Assembly: GCA_050250935.1 (NCBI GenBank)
Contig: JBFWNS010000003.1
Coordinates: 96,001-160,000 of the forward strand
Reading direction: 5' to 3'
DNA from: Candidatus Margulisiibacteriota bacterium
Lineage (GTDB): Bacteria; Margulisbacteria; Marinamargulisbacteria; JBFWNS01
Length of the DNA stretch: 64,000 nucleotides
The position numbers and the translations under genes are program-made. The notes beneath the pieces were generated by a model, which saw only the letters and a list, made by a program, of their open reading frames with translations, searched no databases and was not told where the DNA came from. Positions 29,695 through 39,586 of the stretch are shown here, piece after piece (position 1 is the stretch's first letter; the number at the start of each line of letters is the position of its first letter).

Positions 29695-30245
29695 ATCTGG
29701 AAAAAGCCGCAGACAGCTATTTACAGTTACTAACCGAAATGGGTGAAGACCCGTCCCGCGAAGGGTTGGAAGATACGCCTGTTCGTGCTGCAAAAGCCTT
29801 GGCTTATCTGACCAAAGGGTATGGGGAAACCGTAGAATCTGTGGTTAAAGAGGCTGTTTTCGAATCTGACATGGACGAGATGGTAATCGTTAAAGACATC
29901 GAGCTGTATTCGATGTGCGAGCATCATTTGTTGCCTTTTTTTGGCAAATGTCATGTGTCCTATATTCCCAATGGCAAGGTGCTGGGGCTGTCTAAAGTGG
30001 CCCGAATTGTGGATGTTTTTGCAAGGCGGCTCCAAATTCAAGAAGGATTGACCCGAGAAATAGCTGATGCAATTTTAAAGTCCACTGGGGCTTTGGGAGT
30101 AGGGGTTGTGATCGAAGCCCAGCATCTGTGCATGATGATGCGGGGTGTGGAAAAACAAAATGCCTCCATGACCACTTCGTGTATGCTGGGGATTTTTCGC
30201 AGCAACCAAGCCACCCGCAATGAATTTTTAAACCTGCTCAAGTAG
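29691..30245 (+). CDS. folE: GTP cyclohydrolase I
   Basis: [37 protein letters not shown]. Confidence 0.97.
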   Translation: MNLEKAADSYLQLLTEMGEDPSREGLEDTPVRAAKALAYLTKGYGETVESVVKEAVFESDMDEMVIVKDIELYSMCEHHLLPFFGKCHVSYIPNGKVLGLSKVARIVDVFARRLQIQEGLTREIADAILKSTGALGVGVVIEAQHLCMMMRGVEKQNASMTTSCMLGIFRSNQATRNEFLNLLK

Positions 30246-31175
30246 ATGTTTTTAACCCTGAATCGTAAATTTGAATTGTCGGCCTCGCGTCGGTATGCGC
30301 CGCATCCCGATGTGTTGCCCAGCGATACCACAGGCCGCTATGGTTCTGGGCAAAATTATAGGGTTTATTTTGTGTTTCATGGGCCTGTGGATCCGAAAAC
30401 CGGCATGGTTCAAGAATTGTCGATTTTGAAACGGCGTCTGGAAGCCGAAGTTATCTCGGTCTATGACCATCATTTTTTGAATGATTTGATCGAAGGCAAC
30501 CCCACGCCAGAGCGCTTTGCCCAGCGGCTTCTGGCCGATGCTCAGCGGGCTTTGGTGGGGCAGGGCGTTGCTGTGGTGGCTTGTCATGTGGACGAGGACG
30601 GTTCTCTGGCGGCCACGGCCTATGCTGATGGGCGGGTAGAGCGACATTGGACCCACCAAATCGGTGGAGCGATTGAGCGAACCACGTTTTTAGGGACGCC
30701 AGATGCCCAAACCGGACTGATTGCCTGTGTTGTCCCGCTGAGAATGGTGCACTGGGATGGACGCCAAGGGACAGGGATTGCAGATGGGAAACGATTCTGT
30801 GTGGCAGGACGGTTTTTTTCGGCCACCCACCATTTGCACCGTGCCGGCTGCACCGAGGCAGAGGATGGCCAACTGTTTGGAAAGTGCAGCCGGCCCCATG
30901 GTCACCGGTTTTATGTAGAAGCCACTTTCGACAGTGATCGGGTGGATGCGGGCCGGGTATCGGATTGGGTGGATGCGGTTGCCTTGTCTTGGTCGGGTCG
31001 GGATTTGGGCGACGAAGTGCCTGAATTTTCGAATCGAATGGTTACCTGCGAATCGATTGTGACGGTACTGTGGGAAAGTGCCCTTTCCGAGTTGGGAGAG
31101 CCGGTTCGGCTTCGATTCCAAGAAACCTTTAACAACCGGTTTGCTGCCAGGCCCCAGGATGTGTTCCGTGTCTAG
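30246..31175 (+). CDS. Tandem two-domain 6-pyruvoyl-tetrahydropterin synthase/QueD-like protein
   Basis: Two T-fold units. First has GPVDPKTGMV, YDHHFLN, PTPE. Second has FSATHHLH, CSRPHGH, TCESI, LRFQET. Confidence 0.8.
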   Translation: MFLTLNRKFELSASRRYAPHPDVLPSDTTGRYGSGQNYRVYFVFHGPVDPKTGMVQELSILKRRLEAEVISVYDHHFLNDLIEGNPTPERFAQRLLADAQRALVGQGVAVVACHVDEDGSLAATAYADGRVERHWTHQIGGAIERTTFLGTPDAQTGLIACVVPLRMVHWDGRQGTGIADGKRFCVAGRFFSATHHLHRAGCTEAEDGQLFGKCSRPHGHRFYVEATFDSDRVDAGRVSDWVDAVALSWSGRDLGDEVPEFSNRMVTCESIVTVLWESALSELGEPVRLRFQETFNNRFAARPQDVFRV

Positions 31176-31521
31176 TACCCTTTGGATTCGAGATTTTACG
31201 GTGTCTTGCATTGTGGGGGTTCATCCCCACGAACGCACCGAGCCCCAGCCCTTGATCCTGAGTTTGGGCTTGGATCTGGACATTACCCAGGCCGCAAAAA
31301 CCGACGATTTGGCCCACACCTTCGACTATGATGCCCTGACCCAATCCATTGGTTCTTGGCTGGTCCAAACCCATTTTAATTTAATCGAAACCGTTGCGGT
31401 GCGCTTGGCAGACTTTGTTTTGACCACTTGCCCAAACCTAACCCAAGTTGCAGTCGTCGTCGAAAAACCCAAAGCCCTTGCCCACGCCAAGGTCTCGGTC
31501 CACTATACCCAATCCCGGTGA
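31159..31521 (+). CDS. folB: Dihydroneopterin aldolase
   Basis: IVGVHPHER, DDLAHTFDY, FNLIETVA, VEKPKA. Start at ATG 31159 or GTG 31168. Confidence 0.92.
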   Translation: MCSVSSTLWIRDFTVSCIVGVHPHERTEPQPLILSLGLDLDITQAAKTDDLAHTFDYDALTQSIGSWLVQTHFNLIETVAVRLADFVLTTCPNLTQVAVVVEKPKALAHAKVSVHYTQSR

Positions 31522-32330
31522 TTAAACTGACCTTTATCCCCCAAACCGAGCTTGAAAAAGCGACCCTCGAAGCCCAGTGCGAGGCGATGGGGGCCCTATG
31601 GACCGAAGAATCCGGCAATAGCCTAATGGCCTTTTTTGATGCCCTCCCAGAAGGCCATCCTTTTGGCGAGCCTCAAATCGAGACAGTTAATCCCACCGAT
31701 TGGAAAACCGTGTGGGGTAAACATTTTGAATCCTTTGACTGGGTAGAGGGCTGGCAAGTTTGTTCGATAGGAACAGCTGTATCTGCGCCCAAGACCCTTT
31801 TGATTGACGCGGCAGATGCTTTTGGGGATGGCAAACATCCCACCACAACCTTGTGCGCAGCTGCTTTGATTGGGGTTTTGGAAGGTCGCAATAGTCTTTC
31901 AAACTTTGGCTTATTGGATGTCGGAACTGGAACAGGCATCTTGTCTATTTTGGGGTGGAAATTGGGGGTGAAAAACCCAGTGGGGTTGGATTGCGATGCT
32001 GAGGCCATTGAACGTGCCCTTCAAAATGCAAAAGCTAATGGTTGGCATACCCCCGATTTTCGGTGTCAGTTGCTTGCCGATGTCCCTGAAGAGGTTCTTT
32101 TCGATGCCATTGTGGCCAATATTAACAGCGCGATTCTCGAGCCTCTGTTGCCAGAGATATCCCAACGGCTAAAGCCTGGGGGCGTGGCGATTTTAAGCGG
32201 TGTTGGCCTACAGTGGGCCGATGCTTTTGTTCAAAAAATAGGCGAAGCCGGTCTTGGGGTGATGGATCAAACGGCGTCTGAAGGCTGGCTGTGTTTTAAA
32301 ACAACAAGGCTTTCAGATCTTCAAAATTAA
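31518..32330 (+). CDS. prmA: Ribosomal protein L11 methyltransferase
   Basis: DWKTVW, AFGDGKHPTT, LDVGTGTGILS, IVANI, ILSG. GTG start overlaps the folB stop. Confidence 0.88.
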   Translation: MIKLTFIPQTELEKATLEAQCEAMGALWTEESGNSLMAFFDALPEGHPFGEPQIETVNPTDWKTVWGKHFESFDWVEGWQVCSIGTAVSAPKTLLIDAADAFGDGKHPTTTLCAAALIGVLEGRNSLSNFGLLDVGTGTGILSILGWKLGVKNPVGLDCDAEAIERALQNAKANGWHTPDFRCQLLADVPEEVLFDAIVANINSAILEPLLPEISQRLKPGGVAILSGVGLQWADAFVQKIGEAGLGVMDQTASEGWLCFKTTRLSDLQN

Positions 32331-34992
32331 TGGTTTTTTCGTTTAAGCCATCCACATCAACCAATTCGCCCAAGAGTTGCCGCTTGGATTCTTGAAGCTC
32401 TTGGATTTTTTCTTCGATGGTGCCTTCGCTGATAAATTTATAGACAAAAACCTTGTTCATTTGTCCGATGCGGTGAACCCGGTCTGTGGCTTGGGCTTCG
32501 ACAGCGGGGTTCCACCAGGGATCCAAATGAATCACGTAATCCGCCGAGGTCAAGTTAATGCCCATTCCCCCAGCTTTCAGGGAAATCATAAACAGGGTAG
32601 GGTCTTCGGTGTTTTGGAAGCGGTCCACGGCATCCATTCGGTTTTTGCCGGTGACACTACCGTCGATGCGCTCGTAGCGAACGCTGTTCTTTTTGGCCCA
32701 GTCGGCCAGAATGTCGAGCATTTTGGTAAATTGACTAAAGAGTACAATTTTATGGCCTTCATCCAACAGCTCGAGAATGGTTTCGGTGGCCGTATCGAAT
32801 TTTCCGGATTCGGTAAATTGGTTTTGGAATTCGGTTAACAAGCCGGGGTGAATACAAACTTGGCGCAATTTTAACAACGAGGTTAACACATGCAGCCGCT
32901 CGCGTTGACCCTTGCCATTTTGAATGCCCTTGCGAACCGCATCCAACACGGTTTGATACAACATTTCTTGGCTTTTCGTCAGCGGGCAAGACACAATGAT
33001 TTCTGTTTTTTCTGGCAAAGAATCCAAAACTTCCCGTTTTTCGCGTCTTAAAATAAAGGGTTTAATTTTGAGTTTTAACTGATCCAGCTGCTCTTGCTTA
33101 ACCATTACATCAAAGGCCGATCGGGTGCCCAAATAGCCGGGCATAACCGTATCAAACAGGTTCCAAATGTCCTGGAGGTGGTTTTCGATGGGGGTTCCTG
33201 TCATAACCAGTTTAAAGGGGGCCGGAACCGCCTTAACCGCTTTGGAAACATGGGTGTCGGGGTTTTTAATGGCTTGGGCTTCGTCGATAATCATGGCCTG
33301 CCAAGGAATCGCGCTGAACAGCTCCAAATCGTTTTTCAAAATCCCAAACGAGGTGACGACAATGTCTGCGGTGTTAAACGATTTAACCAAACTGCTGCGA
33401 TTGGATCCGCTATAAATCACACATTTTTGATTCGGTAAAAAATGCTGGGATTCTTTTTTCCAGTTGTAGAGTACGTTGGTGGGTCCTACCACCAGGACGG
33501 GGCCCTTGCCTTGAATTCGAGAAATAAAGGCTAGAACCTGAACTGTTTTACCCAAGCCCATGTCGTCGGCCAAAATGCCGCCAAACCCAGCGTTGTGTAA
33601 AAATCCGATCCAGTTGACCCCAAATTGTTGGTAATCCCGCAGCTCGCCTTTAAAGGCTTTTGCAGGTAAATACTGATTTTTGCCGTGTTTGAGCCCTTCA
33701 ATGAGTTCCTGAAGGTCTTTGTTTTCGGTTTTGGCTTGGGTGCTGGCCAACAGGGGTAAAATTTCGGCTTTTGAAAATGATTTTCCGGTTTTAAGGGCCC
33801 CAAAGGCTTGAAGGGTTTTCAGTTGATCTTGAGAGGACTGGGTCAACCGAACATAGCCTTTTTTGGTTTCGATGTAGCCTTGGTTTTGAATCATCAAGCG
33901 GGCGATTTCTTGAAGTGAAAACGTTTCGCCTTCGATGGTGCAGTTGGGTTCGAAGAAGAACCAATTTTTTTCGCTGCTGTCGATTTTAAATTCAAGGCTT
34001 CCAGGTTCGTCCAACACCACCAATTCGGGGGCGTTAATCTGAATAATCCAGCCACGTTCTTTTAAAACGGGAACCACTTCATCCAAAAACCGGGCCATAT
34101 CGCCTGGGCTTTGAAGCAAGAAGGGCAGCTCGTTTTCGTTAAATAGCGCAATTAAATCTTGCTGATAAATGGCTTCAAGATCCGTCATCCGTTCGTGGCG
34201 TTTGCCCAAATCTTCGACCCAGGGCTGGTTGTAGTCGGACCCAATCACAGCTCGTCCGTATTGATAGTACAAGGTGGGCTGCATAATGGTGCCGGCCATT
34301 TCGACTTTCATCAGCGGAACGGGTGGGGTTTCTTGGGGCAAAATACTGCTGATTTTGGCTTCCAGAACCCATTTTAGGTTTTTCTTGTTGGGTTGATAGA
34401 TGGATTGAATAAACTGAATGGCGGCTTCTTGCTCGTATTTAATGATGTCTTTGTCCATGAAGCGCATCAAGAAGTTTTCGAGGGCCGATGGCGGATTGTG
34501 AATCAAAGCGCCCTGGCAAAAACAAAATAGATCTCGTTCAAATTTAAAGGTTAGCCAGCTCAGCGGGTCTTGGCGAAACCGGTCGATATGCGACATGGAA
34601 CAGATTAAATTTTTCCCCCGTTGGCTGATGATGACTTCCAAGGGCAGCGGGGGATGGGTTCGCAGGGGCTGAACCAAATTGTGGCGTTTCCATTTAAGGG
34701 TAATGCCCAATTCTTTGGCCCGCTTGAAAAACAATGCCATCTCTGAATCCGTGGCAACAGCCAAGATATAGCGCTCGTCCCATTGTACTTTCTTTAGGAA
34801 TTTCGCAAGCGAAAAGCAAAAGTCAGCATCCTTGGGGTGGAGAGCCGTTTCGTTTTGGTGGAGGAATGTCATCAAGGACGACAAGGACAAGTTAAGGGGT
34901 TTGTCTTTCCAAACCGCTTCTACAGGAATGAATAACTTGCCAGATCGTCCAAAGAAGAATTCGAAAATAAATTGAATTCGTTGTATGGACAT
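32296..34992 (-). CDS. SNF2-family helicase/ATPase
   Basis: LRDYQ, GILADDMGLGKT, DEAQ, TGTPIEN, FSQF, GINLTSAD, WWNPAVEAQATDRVHRIGQ. Confidence 0.95.
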   Translation of the reverse strand: MSIQRIQFIFEFFFGRSGKLFIPVEAVWKDKPLNLSLSSLMTFLHQNETALHPKDADFCFSLAKFLKKVQWDERYILAVATDSEMALFFKRAKELGITLKWKRHNLVQPLRTHPPLPLEVIISQRGKNLICSMSHIDRFRQDPLSWLTFKFERDLFCFCQGALIHNPPSALENFLMRFMDKDIIKYEQEAAIQFIQSIYQPNKKNLKWVLEAKISSILPQETPPVPLMKVEMAGTIMQPTLYYQYGRAVIGSDYNQPWVEDLGKRHERMTDLEAIYQQDLIALFNENELPFLLQSPGDMARFLDEVVPVLKERGWIIQINAPELVVLDEPGSLEFKIDSSEKNWFFFEPNCTIEGETFSLQEIARLMIQNQGYIETKKGYVRLTQSSQDQLKTLQAFGALKTGKSFSKAEILPLLASTQAKTENKDLQELIEGLKHGKNQYLPAKAFKGELRDYQQFGVNWIGFLHNAGFGGILADDMGLGKTVQVLAFISRIQGKGPVLVVGPTNVLYNWKKESQHFLPNQKCVIYSGSNRSSLVKSFNTADIVVTSFGILKNDLELFSAIPWQAMIIDEAQAIKNPDTHVSKAVKAVPAPFKLVMTGTPIENHLQDIWNLFDTVMPGYLGTRSAFDVMVKQEQLDQLKLKIKPFILRREKREVLDSLPEKTEIIVSCPLTKSQEMLYQTVLDAVRKGIQNGKGQRERLHVLTSLLKLRQVCIHPGLLTEFQNQFTESGKFDTATETILELLDEGHKIVLFSQFTKMLDILADWAKKNSVRYERIDGSVTGKNRMDAVDRFQNTEDPTLFMISLKAGGMGINLTSADYVIHLDPWWNPAVEAQATDRVHRIGQMNKVFVYKFISEGTIEEKIQELQESKRQLLGELVDVDGLNEKTINFEDLKALLF

Positions 34993-35030
34993 AAACTAAG
35001 TTGCGCTTATATTAGCGCAGCTTTTGACAT

Positions 35031-35059
35031 AAAAAAAGGCCCTAATTACAGGGCCTTTT
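35031..35059 (-). terminator. Intrinsic terminator of the 63-aa gene
   Basis: Perfect stem AAAAGGCCCT-aattac-AGGGCCTTTT ending in a T7 run on the minus strand, about 10 nt after the stop. Confidence 0.85.
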
Positions 35060-35069
35060 CGAACTCACA

Positions 35070-35261
35070 TTATTTGGATTTTGCTGCGGGGGGGTTGTCT
35101 TTTTGAAGTTGTTGACTGGCCATTTTGCCCAGATTTTGCTGGTCTTGTGCGGCCTTGTTAATGGTTTGATTCACTTTTTGCTGAAACATCGAACCCCAGG
35201 CATTGTCCATGTCCATCATTTTAATGGAACGCACTTTGAGTTCGTCATCGTTGTCTGCCAT
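35070..35261 (-). CDS. Small orphan Gln/Met-rich protein (63 aa)
   Basis: Strong RBS (AAGGAG), own terminator and a candidate promoter; fills the intergenic gap. Confidence 0.75.
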   Translation of the reverse strand: MADNDDELKVRSIKMMDMDNAWGSMFQQKVNQTINKAAQDQQNLGKMASQQLQKDNPPAAKSK

Positions 35262-35373
35262 TTTGCTCTCCTTTTGTGCTGTTTGTGTTCAAACCGCTAA
35301 AAGTTGGTGGGCTGTTATGCAACCCCCATGCATAGGGTGTTCCCCGCTGGAGAATCCCTTAAACATATCTTTT

Positions 35374-35400
35374 TCATCGGCCAAACGGGATTAAAACTTG
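35374..35400 (-). promoter_or_regulatory. Putative sigma28 (FliA)-type promoter for the 63-aa gene
   Basis: Minus strand CAAG-N15-GCCGATGA versus consensus TAAA-N15-GCCGATAA. Confidence 0.45.
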
Positions 35401-35466
35401 CATGAAATTTTTCTTGTGTTTATTCTGAGCTCTAAGTTTCTTAATTTTGGACTCTGGAGATACCAT

Positions 35467-36693
35467 ATGATGCTTCCGATTCGCCGTAAAACCCCGTCTG
35501 TTGCTGTTGGTTCTGTTTTGATTGGAGGCGATCATCCTGTCATGGTTCAATCCATGACCAATACCCCCACTGCAGATGTTAAAACCACGGTTAAGCAAAT
35601 TCGGGATCTGGCTGATGCTGGTTCGGAAGTGGTTCGGATTACGGTTAATGATTTCGAAGCCATGGCTGCTGTTCCTACCATCGTCAAAACCTTGGCCGAT
35701 GCTGGGTATTCCGTCCCCATTGTTGGGGATTTTCATTACAACGGTCACATTCTATTAAGAAAGTATCCTGAAGGCGCTGCAGCTTTGGGCAAATACCGCA
35801 TCAACCCAGGGAATGTTGGCAAAGGCAAAAGCCACGACGACAACTTTGCCACCATGATTGGCATTGCCAATGACCACAATAAACCTGTTCGTATTGGGGT
35901 GAATTGGGGTTCACTTGACCAAGAGCTTTTCACCGACATGATGGACGAAAATGCCAAACTTAAAGAGCCCAAAACCTTCAAAGAAGTCATTATCGATGCC
36001 ATGGTCAAAAGTGCCTTGGACAGCGCAGCCTATGCCGAAAAATTGGGAATGCCCAAAGATAAAATTGTACTCAGTGTGAAAATGTCTGAATTGCAGGACA
36101 TGGTGCAGGTGTATCAGGTTTTGGCCAAACAATGCGATTATGTGTTGCATTTGGGTTTAACCGAAGCCGGTGGCAGCACCAAAGGCATTGCAGCCAGTTC
36201 GGCTGCCCTGGCCATTTTGCTTCAGCAAGGCATTGGCGACACCATTCGCATGTCGTTGACGCCAGAACCTGGTGTGGGGCGGGAATTGGAAGTAAAGGCC
36301 TGTAAAGCCCTGTTGCAATCCATGGGCCTTCGCTATTTTATGCCAGCCGTTACCAGCTGTCCTGGCTGCGGGCGCACCAACAGCAACAAGTTTGTGGATC
36401 TGGCCAAAGACGTTGGGGTTTACATCGAACAACGCATGCCCACTTGGAAAACCCAATATCCTGGTGTTGAAAGATTATCGGTGGCTGTCATGGGCTGCGT
36501 GGTGAATGGCCCCGGCGAAAGCAAATATGCCGACATTGGTATCAGCTTGCCAGGTAGTTCCGAAAAACCCTCGATTCCGGTGTTTGTGGATGGCAAACTG
36601 CACATTAACTATAAATCGTCGGACGATGTGAAGACGCTATTTTTGGAGCTATTGGAAAGCTACATTCACAATCGGTTTAAAGTGGTTGTGTAG
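35467..36693 (+). CDS. ispG: HMBPP synthase (GcpE)
   Basis: [62 protein letters not shown] before ATG 35467. Confidence 0.97.
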   Translation: MMLPIRRKTPSVAVGSVLIGGDHPVMVQSMTNTPTADVKTTVKQIRDLADAGSEVVRITVNDFEAMAAVPTIVKTLADAGYSVPIVGDFHYNGHILLRKYPEGAAALGKYRINPGNVGKGKSHDDNFATMIGIANDHNKPVRIGVNWGSLDQELFTDMMDENAKLKEPKTFKEVIIDAMVKSALDSAAYAEKLGMPKDKIVLSVKMSELQDMVQVYQVLAKQCDYVLHLGLTEAGGSTKGIAASSAALAILLQQGIGDTIRMSLTPEPGVGRELEVKACKALLQSMGLRYFMPAVTSCPGCGRTNSNKFVDLAKDVGVYIEQRMPTWKTQYPGVERLSVAVMGCVVNGPGESKYADIGISLPGSSEKPSIPVFVDGKLHINYKSSDDVKTLFLELLESYIHNRFKVVV

Positions 36694-36743
36694 AAGCTGT
36701 CTTAATATTTTTTAAGCTCAAAACCTTTAGGCCCCAGCGGGGA

Positions 36744-36770
36744 GGGAAGCCAAACTTGATTTGGCTTCCC
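36744..36770. terminator. 11-bp perfect hairpin between convergent ispG and ilvN
   Basis: GGGAAGCCAAA-cttga-TTTGGCTTCCC; no adjacent U-tract. Confidence 0.5.
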
Positions 36771-36801
36771 GATACAAAAATGCTTGCCATTTTTGTTTAT
36801 A

Positions 36802-37314
36802 TTAGGTCTTTTCTTTGCCCCGAGCCATCACGACTTTGCCGGTTCGAATCAGTTCTAAAATGCCGTAGTGATGCAAAAAGTTGATCATGGCATCGAGTTT
36901 TTCGGTGCTGCCGGTGGCTTGGATTACCAAGGAATTGTTGGTTAGGTCCACGGTTTGGGCTTTGAAATGCGAGATGATTTGAAGGATTTCAGACCGGTTT
37001 TCGTCGGTGGTTTGCACTTTAATGAGGGCCAGTTCTTTTTCAACGGAATGGCCTTTGATGTGTTCGCTGGCATGGACCACGTCGACCAATTTGCTGGCTT
37101 GTTTGATAATTTGTTCCAAAATGCCGGGGTTGCCCTTGGCGGTAATCGTCATTCGTGAAAAGCGGCCATCCAAGGTGGGGGAGACCACCAGCGATTCGAT
37201 GTTAAAGCCACGGCGGGAAAAAATCAGAGAAATACGTAGCAAAACACCGGGTTTATTGGCCACCAGCAAGCTAATGGTATGGATGTCTGGGGTTGCTTTA
37301 AGTAGGCTCGTCAT
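36802..37314 (-). CDS. ilvN: Acetolactate synthase small subunit
   Basis: NKPGVLLRISLIFSRRGFNIESL ACT domain; ELIRTG. Confidence 0.96.
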   Translation of the reverse strand: MTSLLKATPDIHTISLLVANKPGVLLRISLIFSRRGFNIESLVVSPTLDGRFSRMTITAKGNPGILEQIIKQASKLVDVVHASEHIKGHSVEKELALIKVQTTDENRSEILQIISHFKAQTVDLTNNSLVIQATGSTEKLDAMINFLHHYGILELIRTGKVVMARGKEKT

Positions 37315-37316
37315 GG

Positions 37317-39035
37317 CTAGGTGCTCCCTTTGGGTTTTTCAAGTTTGATTTTAGGGGGATCAATAATCATGTCGTCGGTGGTACCGCCGGCGGGAATCAT
37401 GGGGAATACGTTGTCTTCTTTAATAACCTCGGCGTGAATGATGCAGGGACCTTTGTAGTCCAGGGCTTTGGAGAGCACTTTTTTAACATCGGCGGGTCGT
37501 TTAATGCGAAAGCCCTTCATGCCGTAGGCTTCGCCCAATTTTACAAAATCGGGGTTTCCTTCCAAATCTACGCCAGAGAGTCGGTCGTCATAGAACAATT
37601 GCTGCCATTGGCGCACCATGCCCAAATATTTGTTATCAATCACCAAGATTTTAACGGGTAGTTTGTGAATGACGGCTGTGGAGAGTTCAAAACTGGTCAT
37701 CTGAAAACCGCCGTCCCCAACCACGGCCACAACCGTAGCATCGGGTTTGGCAAACTGTGCTCCGATGGCAGCGGGAAATCCATAGCCCATGGTTCCGGCG
37801 CCACCCGAGGTAATCCAGGTATTGGGTTCATGGGTTTTGCAAAATTGGGCCGCCCACATTTGGTGCTGCCCCACATCGGTGGTGATGATGGCTTCGCCTT
37901 TGGTGAGTTTGTATAGTTCATCCAAAACGTGTTGGGCCTTTAAGCCGCCATGAATCTTATAAGAGAGCGGATAACGCTTTTTATTTTGTTCGATTTCTTT
38001 GAGCCATTCTTTGGTGTCGAGTTTTTCAACCAAAGGCAGAAGCTCTTGTAAAACCACTTTGGCATCGCCAACCACGCTGGCATCGGGGACCACGATTTTG
38101 TTGATTTCGGCAGGATCGATGTCGATGTGCAGCTTTTTGGCGTTGGGGCAGAACCGCTCGATTTTGGCCGGTGTAATGCGGTCATCCCAACGAGAGCCAA
38201 TAGAAAAAATCAAATCGCAATTGGACACGGCTTTGTTGGCATAAGCCGTTCCGTGCATGCCCAACATGCCCAAGGCCAATTTATGGTTTTCGGGAAAGCC
38301 ACCTTTGCCAAGCAAGGTGTTCACAACGGGGGCTTGCAGTTTTTCGGCCAAGGTCATGAGTTCGGCTTCGGCGTTGGCAATTAAAACACCATGGCCGGCT
38401 AAAATGAGTGGCTTTTTGGATCCCTTTAACAGGGCTGCCAATTTAAGGATGTCTTTTTTATTGCCTTGTTCTGGAAAGGTGTAGCCGGGTAAATCCATTT
38501 TGACGTCCACCAATGACGCCGTACAAGGCGCACTGGTAATGTCCTTGGGCAAATCGATGACTACCGGTCCAGGTCGGCCAGAGCTTGCAATGTGAAAGGC
38601 TTCTTCAACAACCCGGGGAATGTCGTTGGGGTCTTTCACCAAATAGCTGTGTTTAACGATGGGCGCTGTGATGCCAAACACGTCGGCTTCTTGGAAGGCG
38701 TCTTTGCCCAAAGCGGGGGTAATGGTTTGTCCACACAGAACCACCATGGGAATCGAGTCCATTTGTGCTGTAATAATACCGGTGACGGTGTTGGTTGCTC
38801 CGGGTCCGCTGGTTACCAAAACCACGCCGGGTTTTCCACTGGCACGGGCATAGCCGTCTGCGATGTGGGTTGCCCCTTGTTCGTGACGGACCAAAACCAA
38901 TTTAATGGAAGAATCATATAAAGCATCGAAAATTGGAATCGCTGCGCCGCCTGGATATCCGAAAATATGATCGACACCGCGTTTTTCTAGGCATTTAATT
39001 AAAGCTTCTGCGCCATTTATCTGTTTTTTTGTCAT
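37317..39035 (-). CDS. ilvB: Acetolactate synthase large subunit
   Basis: FGYPGGA, RHEQGA, TSGPGATN, FQEAD, TDVGQHQMW, GDGGFQM. Confidence 0.97.
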   Translation of the reverse strand: MTKKQINGAEALIKCLEKRGVDHIFGYPGGAAIPIFDALYDSSIKLVLVRHEQGATHIADGYARASGKPGVVLVTSGPGATNTVTGIITAQMDSIPMVVLCGQTITPALGKDAFQEADVFGITAPIVKHSYLVKDPNDIPRVVEEAFHIASSGRPGPVVIDLPKDITSAPCTASLVDVKMDLPGYTFPEQGNKKDILKLAALLKGSKKPLILAGHGVLIANAEAELMTLAEKLQAPVVNTLLGKGGFPENHKLALGMLGMHGTAYANKAVSNCDLIFSIGSRWDDRITPAKIERFCPNAKKLHIDIDPAEINKIVVPDASVVGDAKVVLQELLPLVEKLDTKEWLKEIEQNKKRYPLSYKIHGGLKAQHVLDELYKLTKGEAIITTDVGQHQMWAAQFCKTHEPNTWITSGGAGTMGYGFPAAIGAQFAKPDATVVAVVGDGGFQMTSFELSTAVIHKLPVKILVIDNKYLGMVRQWQQLFYDDRLSGVDLEGNPDFVKLGEAYGMKGFRIKRPADVKKVLSKALDYKGPCIIHAEVIKEDNVFPMIPAGGTTDDMIIDPPKIKLEKPKGST

Positions 39036-39161
39036 TTTTAAACCTCGAAATTTCAGTTGCTATAAAGTTTATCATTTTATGCTTGATTTTCAAGTCTCTG
39101 TTTTTGATTTGATCTAAATCTTTGTTTTATTTTGCCTGTTTTTTGTGCTATGCTTTCTCGT

Positions 39162-39572
39162 ATGCACTTTTTATCCAGCCAAACGGTTAAAATGTATGAT
39201 ACGGATGCGGCAGGAATTTTGTATTTTGCCAATCAGTTTCGATTTGCCCATGATGCCTTCGAAGAATTGATGGCTTCTGAAGGGCTGTCTTTTCAACGAC
39301 TGTTTGACCACGAGCCCTATATTTTTGTAATTGTGCACGCAGAATCCGACTATTTTTCTTCTTTGAAGGTGGGGGATGGAATTCAGGTTAAAACCTGGAT
39401 TTCTTATATTGGCGAAAGTTCTTTTCATATTAGCTATGACGTTTTTAAAGGCGAGGTGCTGACGGGCCGGGCCAAAACGGTGCACGTGTGCATTGGCAAA
39501 GCGTCCCGAGCCAAGCAGTCTTTACCCGACGAAATTCGGGCTTTGTTGAACAAATACGCAGTGCTGGGCTAA
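39162..39572 (+). CDS. Hotdog-fold thioesterase, possibly DHNA-CoA thioesterase of menaquinone synthesis
   Basis: DTDAAGILYFAN...HDAFE 4-HBT-like motif; men genes lie in the window. Confidence 0.8.
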   Translation: MHFLSSQTVKMYDTDAAGILYFANQFRFAHDAFEELMASEGLSFQRLFDHEPYIFVIVHAESDYFSSLKVGDGIQVKTWISYIGESSFHISYDVFKGEVLTGRAKTVHVCIGKASRAKQSLPDEIRALLNKYAVLG

Positions 39573-39586
39573 ACTTACAAACTCCC

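Noticed and set aside
32296..32330. 35-nt convergent overlap of prmA and the SNF2 gene as a sign of frameshift or pseudogene
   Set aside because: Both proteins appear complete at their C-termini, and short convergent overlaps occur elsewhere in this compact window.
35002..35019. Palindrome TGCGCT-tatatt-AGCGCA upstream of the SNF2 gene as an operator
   Set aside because: Only 6-bp arms, and no second copy noticed in the window.
39036..39161. Attenuator or leader peptide upstream of ilvB
   Set aside because: No Ile/Leu/Val-rich mini-ORF with a terminator seen; the region looks like an AT-rich divergent promoter.
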